Assembly (NCBI GenBank): GCA_965227515.1
Contig: CBDDFZ010000002.1
Location: forward strand, 1,248,001-1,312,000
Direction: 5' to 3'
Length of the DNA: 64,000 nt
Origin: Alphaproteobacteria bacterium
GTDB taxonomy: Bacteria; Pseudomonadota; Alphaproteobacteria; CALKHQ01
Position 1 is the stretch's first letter; each line of letters begins with the position of its first letter. Below, piece after piece: positions 56,318 to 64,000 of the stretch. The notes beneath the pieces were generated by a model that did no database searches, was not told the DNA's origin, and was given only the letters and a program-made list of their open reading frames with translations. Both the position numbers and the translations under genes were made by a program.

Positions 56318-59300
56318 TTACAGCAGGCGGTCCATGTCCTCCAGGGCGTCGGCCAGCGATTCCAAAGTGTCCTCGCTGAATGCCTGCACCAGCGCATTGA
56401 TGGTGACGGGCGCGTTGGCGATGCCGTCCGGGAACAGCTCGATCTGGCTGATCGCGTTGTCGTCATCGTAGTCGTAGTTGGCGATCAGGCCGGTCGCGAT
56501 GACCGGTCCGGTCAGCATGGTCGCCAGATGCACTGCCGTCTTCTGGCCGAGATCCAGGAACCCGTCGCTTTGGGCGTTCACCGCCCACTTGGCGCCGAAG
56601 CGCGTCACCCGGGCCAGCTCGGCATGGGTCAGGCGGCCGTCGCCGGTGATATCGGCGAAGCCCCAGAACACATCGACGCACTGCTGCTCGCTGCCGGCGA
56701 CGCAGACGTCGGCCAGTTCGCTCACCAGCTCGCCGAAGCGCGCGGCGGGCTCGTCGAACATGTGGCTCTCCACCGACGCACCGCCGACGCCGACCGGCCC
56801 CACCGGACCTTCGTCGCACGGTGTCAGCAGCTCGACCTCGGGATCCCGGCCCTCGGATGTTGCCGTCACCTCCAGCACCGAGCCGCCGTCGACCCAGACC
56901 AGGTCCACGATCGCCGGGTTGCCGTCGTCGTCATTCGTATCGAAGGTGACGCCGTCCTCGGTCTCGTACATCGAGAGGTAGATCATCTCGGCAATGAACT
57001 CGCCGCCGTCGATCACTTCCAGACGGTCGCTGTAGAACGTGATCTGCAGCTCGTCCGCGCCGCACGGCCCCATGGCATAGCTGCCCTGATAGGCATCCGG
57101 CAGCCGGTCCAGCGGATTGCCGATCGGCAGCGGGTCGATGATGTCGCCATCGCTGCAAGGTGTCAGCACATCGGCATCGACGTCGCCACCGCCTTCAGGT
57201 TGGAACGCGACTTCCAGGCCGTTCGGGCCCCACACCATGTCGATTGTGCCGGGGCCTTCGGAGCTTTCCGAGTGCATGGTGATGCCGTCCTCGGTCTGCT
57301 GGATCTCGCTCAACTCGATCTCTGCGACCAGCTCAGCGAACTGGTACACTTCGATGAAGGTGCCGTTGATCATCACCTCGACGTCGGCACTCTCGCACGA
57401 CCCCATGGCATAGGCGCCCTGGAACGCGTCCGGCACCATGTCCAGGAACTCGCCGGTCGGGTTGACCACAGCCTCGCTGCAAGGTGTCAGCTCGACGACT
57501 GCCGGGCGCTGATCGTCCAGGCTCTCCCACATGGTCGCTTCCAGCAGGCCGTCCACCCAGGCGAGCTGCATGCGGCCAATCTCGCCCTCGACAGTGACCT
57601 CGATCATCAAGACGCCGTTCTCGTCGGCCTCGATGGTGTTGAAGTCGATCAGCGTGTCGATGGCGCCGCGCTCGATCACTTCGATCCGGTCGGCAAAGAA
57701 CTCGATGAACTCATCGTCGCCGCACGGCCCGATGGCGTAGATGCCCTGGAAGTCGGTCGGCAAGCTTTCGAGCACCGCCAGCGACTGGATCGGACCGTCG
57801 GTCGGACCGTCCCCGCACCTTGTGAGGTCGATGGTCTGCGGGCTGCTATCGTTCGCGCCCTCCCAAATGGTTGCGGTCAGCACGTCGCCGCTCCAGGCAA
57901 ACGCGATCTGGCCGAATTCGTTCTCATCGAACACGACGTCGATCAGCACGCCGTTGTCGGTCGGCCAGATGGTCTCGAACTCGACCGACTCTTCCAGTGC
58001 GCCGTTCTCGATCACCTCGATGCCGGCTGTGGAGATCTGAACGACAACGTCGTCCTGCCCACATGGGCCGATCGAATATGAACCGGCGTACTCGGCCGGC
58101 AGTTGCGGCAATGGCTGCGGAGACATCGCCGGGCCGTCGGTGCACCGCACCAGTTCCACGCTCTGCGGGCTGTTGTCGTTCTCGCCCTCCCAGATCGTGA
58201 TGCGCAGCACGTCGCCGACCCAGGTGAACTCCATCAGGCCGGGCTCGTCGCCATCCAGCAGCACATCGGCGGTCACGGCGAGATCGGCCGGATAGACGGT
58301 CAGGATCTCGACGTACTCCTCCAGCTCACCGCCTTCGATGACCTCTATGCTGTTGGGGTAGATGTCGACCACCAGGTCGCCCTCGCCGCAGGTCCCGATG
58401 GCGTAGCTTCCGACATAGCTCGCCGGCAGTTCGGGCATCGTCGGCACTTCCGGAACGTCGGTCGGGCCCTCGTCGCAATTGGTCAGGTCGAACACCTGCG
58501 GGTTCTGGTCGTTGGCGCCTTCCCAGACCGTCAACTGCACATCCTGCCCCACGGGCATGAATTGCATCTGGCCAGCATCGCCATCGCCGAACAGGATGTC
58601 GGCCATCACCGTGCCGTTGGCCTCGCTCAGGCCGACGAAGGTGATGGACTCGTCCACGCCTTCGGAGGAGAGCACCTCCATCATGTCGCCGTAGATGACG
58701 ACGCCGTACTCGCTGCTCTCGCAAGCGCCGATCGCATACATGCCGATCAGGTCGTCCGGCATGGCGGTCAGCGCCAGGTCCGGCGGCGGATTGACCGGGC
58801 CGTCATCGCAGGGGATCAGGGTTTCGACATCGGGCCCGACACCAGAGGCATCGTAGAAGCCCGTCTCAATGCCGCCATTGGCCAGCAAGCGCATTTCCAG
58901 GGTGCCGGCGTCGGGACCAAAGGCCAGGTCGACGGCGATGCCGTCGCCAAGGTCGGTCACGCTCAACACGTCAGCGACGACCACAAGCTCGCCGCCCTCG
59001 CTGATCTCCAGGCTGTTGCCGAAAATCTCGATCTGCTGGTCGCCCGATGCGTCGCTGAAGCAGGCACCGACCGCATAGTGGCCCTGGAACTCGACCGGAA
59101 TGCTGCCCAGGTCGCCTGGATCCTGCTGCTGGCCGAAGCCGCACAGATAAAGCAGTTCCGGCGGATCCTGGCTGCCGTCGGTGTCGACGCGGATGCCCTC
59201 GAGGGTGCTTTCGTCGACATGGCTCAGCAGCAGGGTCAGCGGGTCGCCGTCCAGGTTGGCAACAAGCTGGATGCCGGTCGGCGTCTCATACACCTCGCTG

Positions 59301-60493
59301 ACGGCGGCGATGGCCAGTTCGGCGCCGGTGACGGGGTCGAGCAGGACAAGCTGGTTGGCCTCGAAGCGCACCAGGTCGGTCGCGGCCTCGCAGGAACCCA
59401 ATGCCCACTCGCCATGGAAATTCGCTGGAATGCCCGGCAGCGAAGCCTGTACCGGCACGGACGCGTCGCAGCGATAGAGTGACTCCGGCGGCTCGGCCTG
59501 GCCGTCGATGACCGCGACGATGCTGAGCTCGTCTTCGCTGACGATGTTGATCAGCACATCCATCGGCGTGCCGTCGAGATCGAGCGACACCACGTAACCG
59601 TCGGCGGTCGCGGCGATGTTGTACAGGTCCGCATCGACCACCACGGCGCCGTTGTCGGCAGCCTCGACGTAGAGGTGGGTGCCGGTCAGTTCGGCGAATA
59701 CCTGCGGTGCCTCGCAGCTGCCGCTGACGTAGTCGCCGGTGATGTTGCCGGGCAGCGATGCCAGGGCATCGACGCTTGGGCCGTCCACCGCCGGCCCCTC
59801 GCAGGCCTCGACCACTTCCGCCGGCTCGGCATTGCCGCTGGCGTCGATGAAGATGACCTCCACACCGCCGGCGACCAGCCGCAGCTCGATGGTGGCGTCG
59901 TTGCCTTCGAAATCGACCAGCAGGCGCTGGCCGTCCATCATGCCCTCGATGCCCAGGATCGACGCCGTGGCGACGACCTGATTGTTGGCGGGGTCGATGA
60001 CTTCCAGGGCGTTGGGGCCGATGTCGACCAACTGCTCGGGCGCGGCGCACGAGCCGAGCGCGAACAGGCCGTTGAACACATCGTCCAGAGGCTCGGTCGG
60101 CAGGTCCGACGGGCCGGCCGCAGAACACAGCGTCAGGGCCTGCGGCGCCTCCGGCGAGCCGCCGTCCGGCGTGTAGAAGATTTCGACATCCCCGCCGGAG
60201 ATCGGCGCGATCTCCATCACGCCGCGCTCGGTCCCGTCGATGACGACGTTCAGCACCACGCCGTCGGCGGCCGGGGTCGCCGACGTCACCTCGACGATGG
60301 TGATGATGTTGTCCGGGCTGCCGTCGTAGATGGTCATCGTGTCTGATTCGATCAGCACGCTGGCATCCGGGGCGCCGCAGGAGCCGATGGCGTAATCGCC
60401 CTGGAACGACAACGGCACGGCGTCTTGCGCCCATGCCGGCAGCGCTCCCGCCATCAGCAATAGTCCGCCCGCGAGCGTTTTGAATGCAGTCAC
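56318..60493 (-). CDS. Large secreted acidic protein: 11 tandem ~110-aa two-Cys beta-rich repeats and a C-terminal EF-hand-like domain
   Basis: GAGG RBS, signal MTAFKTLAGGLLLMAGALPAWA, repeats P..(F/Y).G.(Y/W)A.G.C ... L..C. Confidence 0.88.
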   Translation of the reverse strand: MTAFKTLAGGLLLMAGALPAWAQDAVPLSFQGDYAIGSCGAPDASVLIESDTMTIYDGSPDNIITIVEVTSATPAADGVVLNVVIDGTERGVMEIAPISGGDVEIFYTPDGGSPEAPQALTLCSAAGPSDLPTEPLDDVFNGLFALGSCAAPEQLVDIGPNALEVIDPANNQVVATASILGIEGMMDGQRLLVDFEGNDATIELRLVAGGVEVIFIDASGNAEPAEVVEACEGPAVDGPSVDALASLPGNITGDYVSGSCEAPQVFAELTGTHLYVEAADNGAVVVDADLYNIAATADGYVVSLDLDGTPMDVLINIVSEDELSIVAVIDGQAEPPESLYRCDASVPVQASLPGIPANFHGEWALGSCEAATDLVRFEANQLVLLDPVTGAELAIAAVSEVYETPTGIQLVANLDGDPLTLLLSHVDESTLEGIRVDTDGSQDPPELLYLCGFGQQQDPGDLGSIPVEFQGHYAVGACFSDASGDQQIEIFGNSLEISEGGELVVVADVLSVTDLGDGIAVDLAFGPDAGTLEMRLLANGGIETGFYDASGVGPDVETLIPCDDGPVNPPPDLALTAMPDDLIGMYAIGACESSEYGVVIYGDMMEVLSSEGVDESITFVGLSEANGTVMADILFGDGDAGQMQFMPVGQDVQLTVWEGANDQNPQVFDLTNCDEGPTDVPEVPTMPELPASYVGSYAIGTCGEGDLVVDIYPNSIEVIEGGELEEYVEILTVYPADLAVTADVLLDGDEPGLMEFTWVGDVLRITIWEGENDNSPQSVELVRCTDGPAMSPQPLPQLPAEYAGSYSIGPCGQDDVVVQISTAGIEVIENGALEESVEFETIWPTDNGVLIDVVFDENEFGQIAFAWSGDVLTATIWEGANDSSPQTIDLTRCGDGPTDGPIQSLAVLESLPTDFQGIYAIGPCGDDEFIEFFADRIEVIERGAIDTLIDFNTIEADENGVLMIEVTVEGEIGRMQLAWVDGLLEATMWESLDDQRPAVVELTPCSEAVVNPTGEFLDMVPDAFQGAYAMGSCESADVEVMINGTFIEVYQFAELVAEIELSEIQQTEDGITMHSESSEGPGTIDMVWGPNGLEVAFQPEGGGDVDADVLTPCSDGDIIDPLPIGNPLDRLPDAYQGSYAMGPCGADELQITFYSDRLEVIDGGEFIAEMIYLSMYETEDGVTFDTNDDDGNPAIVDLVWVDGGSVLEVTATSEGRDPEVELLTPCDEGPVGPVGVGGASVESHMFDEPAARFGELVSELADVCVAGSEQQCVDVFWGFADITGDGRLTHAELARVTRFGAKWAVNAQSDGFLDLGQKTAVHLATMLTGPVIATGLIANYDYDDDNAISQIELFPDGIANAPVTINALVQAFSEDTLESLADALEDMDRLL

Positions 60494-60710
60494 CTCTACC
60501 TCCCAGACAGACCCTGTCGACGTTCCCTGTTGGCGCGATTAGACCACAGCGCCGGCGCCATCGACAACCGTGCAAGTCCTCGAAAGTCTTTGCCAATTGT
60601 GACGAAGTGACGGCTGTTCACGCGCAACGCTGGCCGCTATATCGGTGCGACCTCGGCACCGGTTGCGCGCTATTGGGTGCGACCCCGCGTTGCCGTCCAT
60701 GATTGGAGTG

Positions 60711-61304
60711 ATGCGTTATCACGTGATCTTTGGCCATCCGGTCGAAACCAGCTATTCCGCCAGTGTATTCAAAACCGCCTGTCGCGCGCTTGCCGACGCG
60801 GGCCACGACGTGGACCCGGCGGACCTCTATGCCGAGGGGTTCGAGCCCTGTCTCAGCCGGCAGGAGCGCCAGTGCTACCATGACACGGAGATCAACACCC
60901 AAGGGGTCGAAAGCTATGTCGATCGCCTGCGCGCCGCCGATGGTGTCGTGATGGTGTTCCCGGTGTGGAACTTCGGCCCGCCCGCCATCGTCAAGGGGTG
61001 GCTGGACCGGGTGTGGTTGCCCGGCGTGGCGTTCCGGCTCGACTCCGGCAGCATCAGGCCGGCGCTGGACAATATCCGCCGGTTCGCCGTCGTGGTGAGC
61101 TACGGCCAGCGCGAATGGATTGTGCGCTGGGTCATTGGCGACCCGTTGCGCAAACAGCTGATGCGCTCGTCACGGCGGTGCCTGAACCGGCAGGCCAGAA
61201 CGCTGTGGATGCCGCTCTACGACATGAACCGCAACGATGACGACGTGTGCCGGCGCCATCTGGACCGGGTCGCGGCGGGGATGACGCGGCTTTGCGCGCC
61301 TTGA
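60711..61304 (+). CDS. NAD(P)H-dependent flavodoxin-fold oxidoreductase (KefF/MdaB-like)
   Basis: GHPVETSY, DLYAEGFEP, FPVWNFGPPAIVKGWLDRV. Confidence 0.88.
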   Translation: MRYHVIFGHPVETSYSASVFKTACRALADAGHDVDPADLYAEGFEPCLSRQERQCYHDTEINTQGVESYVDRLRAADGVVMVFPVWNFGPPAIVKGWLDRVWLPGVAFRLDSGSIRPALDNIRRFAVVVSYGQREWIVRWVIGDPLRKQLMRSSRRCLNRQARTLWMPLYDMNRNDDDVCRRHLDRVAAGMTRLCAP

Positions 61305-61320
61305 GGGGAGTGTAAGCCGC

Positions 61321-61965
61321 ATGCGCGCGCTGGTCGTGTACTGCCATCCGGTGGCAGACAGCTTCTGTGCCGCGGTTCGCGCGGCGGCCGAAGCCGGGCT
61401 TGCCGACGGCGGCCACGAGGTCGAGGTGATCGATCTCTACGCAGAGGCGTTTCGCCCGGCGCTCGACGAGGGCGAGCGGCTGGCCCACCTGGAGCCGGCG
61501 CCCGATGGCCTGGATCCCGTGCTGGTGCGGCACATCGAGCGGCTGCAGGCGGCCGAGTTGCTGGTGTTCGTCTATCCGACCTGGTGGTACGGCCTGCCGG
61601 CGATGCTGAAGGGGTGGATCGATCGGGTGATGCGCATCGGGGTCGCCTATGACCTGCCGCCAGGCGCCAACGTCATCACGCCGGAGTTGAGACACATCCG
61701 CCGCATCGCCGTGGTGACCACATATGGGTCGCCGTGGTGGCTGATCCGCTATGTCGGCGACCACGGTCGCCGGCTGATCTGTCGCGGCATGCACCTGTTG
61801 TGTCCCAATGCCCACCGCCCTGTTTGGCTCGGTCTCTACAGCATGGATACCATCGGGCCGAAAGAGCGGCAGCGCTTCCTTGGGCGCGTGCGCCGGCGGT
61901 TGTCCAGCTTCGCCGCCGCCACTGAGCGGCGCCAATCCAGCAACGACTTGCCGGACCCGAAGTGA
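61321..61965 (+). CDS. NAD(P)H-dependent flavodoxin-fold oxidoreductase, second paralog
   Basis: YCHPVADSF, DLYAEAFRP, YPTWWYGLPAMLKGWIDRV. Confidence 0.9.
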   Translation: MRALVVYCHPVADSFCAAVRAAAEAGLADGGHEVEVIDLYAEAFRPALDEGERLAHLEPAPDGLDPVLVRHIERLQAAELLVFVYPTWWYGLPAMLKGWIDRVMRIGVAYDLPPGANVITPELRHIRRIAVVTTYGSPWWLIRYVGDHGRRLICRGMHLLCPNAHRPVWLGLYSMDTIGPKERQRFLGRVRRRLSSFAAATERRQSSNDLPDPK

Positions 61966-62155
61966 TGAACGATGGCGCGCGCAGCTGCCGCGAGTAACAT
62001 CCGTAGTAATCCCGAAAATCTACGGAAAATTTGATGCGCCTTTACGCATTTTTCAGGCGTTGACCCGAACTTTAGTGGTGCAAGACGCTGAGATAACGCA
62101 ATATGCGGTCGAATAGCTCGACCCGAGGCCCAACAATTCACGACTGGCATAGTGC

Positions 62156-64000
62156 ATGAAGTTCCTGCCGGCTTCATCTAACCGCGTGACGTGGATCATC
62201 CTCGGCACCGTTTTCGTCGGGCTGATCGTTTTTACGCTGTTCAGCACCCAGAACATGCGTGCCGTGGTGGAGCAGGCCGAGATCGAGCGCCTGGAGGTGG
62301 TCGCCGATTCCCATCAGAAGGAACTCAACCTTCTTCTGGACGCCTATCTCGGCAAGGCACGATTGATTGTTAGCCGGACGCGATTGCGGCAGATCCTATC
62401 CGGCCAGGCGTCAGGCCTGGGCGAAGACGAGATGTCGGCCATGTCGGCCATACTCGTGGACGCTGCCGCGGCGGACGGCACCGTCCGATCTATCGCACTG
62501 GCCGGGCTGGGCGGCACGGTGGTGGCCGCGACCGATCCCGAGACGATTGGGCACGACGCGCGCGCGTTGTTCGGGCCATCCATGGACCTTGCTCGCCAAG
62601 GTCAGGTGGAGATTCTGGAATCGGTCCCGGTGGGCGAAACGGTCGGCATCGTGGCCAATCTCCCGGTCCCCTGGGAGTCGGACCTCATCGGCAGCATTCG
62701 GATCGTTTTCTCGTCGGATGCGTTCGACCAAGCCGTGCTCGGCACCCGGTTTGGCGAGACCGGAGAAGTGGTCCTCGGCCAGCGAGATGGCGATGGCAAC
62801 GCCGTGTTCGTGGTCGACCCGAGGGCCGGCGCCGAGGGTGCGCTCTCGTTGCTGGCGCCGGCCGAGCGTTTCGACGTGCCGATGATCCGGGCGCTTCGTG
62901 GCGAGGCGATCGTGATGCCCGAGGGCTCGGTCGATTACGACGGGACCGAGGTCATCGCCGTCACCCGCTACATTCCGCGATTGCGCTGGGGTTTGGTGGC
63001 TAAGATCGACCGCGACGAAGTGGTGGGGAAGGCGACCGACGGTCAGTGGATACTGCTGTTTGTCGCCCTGCCGGTCATCCTGTTGGCCGCCATCGCCGGC
63101 AGCGTCGTTGTGCGCCGGCTCCGGGCCGAGCATGTCAATCGGGCGCGCACCGAGGCGTCGTTTACCGAGATGTTCGCCAACTCGCCCAACGCGACCTTGA
63201 TGATTGGCACGGACGGCATCATCGCCCAGGCCAATGCGCGCGCGGAAATGCTGTTCGGCTTCAAGCCGGGGAAGTTGGTTGGCAAGCCGGTCGACGACCT
63301 GGTGCCCATGCACCAACGCGCCGGCCACGTGGCAATGCGACAGCGCTACAACGCGCAGCCGACGGCGTACAATATGGGTCAAGCCCGAGACTTGAAGGCC
63401 CAGCGCCTCGACGGTTCGGAAGTGCCGGTGGAGGTCAGCCTGACACCGGTTCAATTTGGTTCGCACACCATGATAGTGGCGTCAGTGCTGGACATTTCCG
63501 CGCGCAAGGACATCGCGGAACTGAGACGGGTCAAGGCCGATCTGGAAGCTCATGCCGGCGAACTCGCCCGCAGCAACCGCGAACTGGATCAGTTCGCTTA
63601 CATCGCGTCGCACGACCTGCGCGCGCCGCTGCGCGGGATCGACCAGTTGGCGCAGTTCATCGAGGAAGACGCAGGCGACGTGCTGCCCGCGCAGTCGCGC
63701 CAGGATCTCACGCTGCTGCGTGGCCGCATCATGCGGCTGGAAAACCTGCTGCACAGCCTGCTCGCCTACTCTCGCGTCGGGCGGAAAGAGGCAAAGCCGA
63801 CCAGGGTCGAGCTCCCGCCATTGATCGACGAGTTGGCGGAACTTTATGTCCCGGCCGATCGTTTCTCCGTTTCCGTGCCCAGGAACCTGCCGGCGCTGTT
63901 TGCGCCGCAGCCGGCGGTCGAGTTGGTGTTCCGCAACGTTCTGATGAATGCGGTGAAGCACCATGACAAGGCCGAGGGCCGCATCGTCGTGGAGTGGGGA
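62156..64000 (+). CDS. Sensor histidine kinase (TM, Cache-like periplasmic domain, TM, PAS, HisKA); runs off the window end
   Basis: Not in the ORF track; my translation is MKFLPASSNRVTWIILG..., PAS NARAEMLFGF, H-box SNRELDQFAYIASHDLRAPLRGI, VFRNVLMNAVKHH. Confidence 0.9.
   Translation, partial: MKFLPASSNRVTWIILGTVFVGLIVFTLFSTQNMRAVVEQAEIERLEVVADSHQKELNLLLDAYLGKARLIVSRTRLRQILSGQASGLGEDEMSAMSAILVDAAAADGTVRSIALAGLGGTVVAATDPETIGHDARALFGPSMDLARQGQVEILESVPVGETVGIVANLPVPWESDLIGSIRIVFSSDAFDQAVLGTRFGETGEVVLGQRDGDGNAVFVVDPRAGAEGALSLLAPAERFDVPMIRALRGEAIVMPEGSVDYDGTEVIAVTRYIPRLRWGLVAKIDRDEVVGKATDGQWILLFVALPVILLAAIAGSVVVRRLRAEHVNRARTEASFTEMFANSPNATLMIGTDGIIAQANARAEMLFGFKPGKLVGKPVDDLVPMHQRAGHVAMRQRYNAQPTAYNMGQARDLKAQRLDGSEVPVEVSLTPVQFGSHTMIVASVLDISARKDIAELRRVKADLEAHAGELARSNRELDQFAYIASHDLRAPLRGIDQLAQFIEEDAGDVLPAQSRQDLTLLRGRIMRLENLLHSLLAYSRVGRKEAKPTRVELPPLIDELAELYVPADRFSVSVPRNLPALFAPQPAVELVFRNVLMNAVKHHDKAEGRIVVEWG

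Overview
GC-rich chromosomal window of an alphaproteobacterium, probably Rhodospirillales-like, judged from the cobS-dnaJ-like-bolA and phaJ-ribF-ileS-lspA-DUF3035-M16-M16 syntenies. It holds about 55 CDS. These include housekeeping genes (cobS partial, ileS, ribF, lspA, apt), C1/methylamine-type catabolic enzymes (S-formylglutathione hydrolase, a trimethylamine-dehydrogenase-like flavoprotein, a dimethylglycine-dehydrogenase-like enzyme, a GlxA regulator), a sugar ABC transporter, a TAXI-TRAP/USP/BKACE/aminotransferase operon, three histidine kinases with no response regulator in view, a FitAB toxin-antitoxin pair and a small glycan-modification cluster. I found no rRNA, tRNA, CRISPR array, integrase or transposase. 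The best unexplained signals are: (1) a ~400-nt hairpin-dense intergenic region at 4.6-5.0 kb that looks like an unannotated structured ncRNA, followed by a 66-aa secreted Tyr-rich disulfide-hairpin peptide gene; (2) two orphan genes, one very AT-rich, each bracketed by GTAG-type REP elements like a cassette array (39.3-41.2 kb); (3) a 1391-aa secreted acidic protein with 11 tandem two-cysteine lipocalin-like repeats and C-terminal EF-hand-like loops; (4) an Ile-codon-rich, uORF-containing leader of ileS. All product calls come from motif recognition by eye. No database searches were run.
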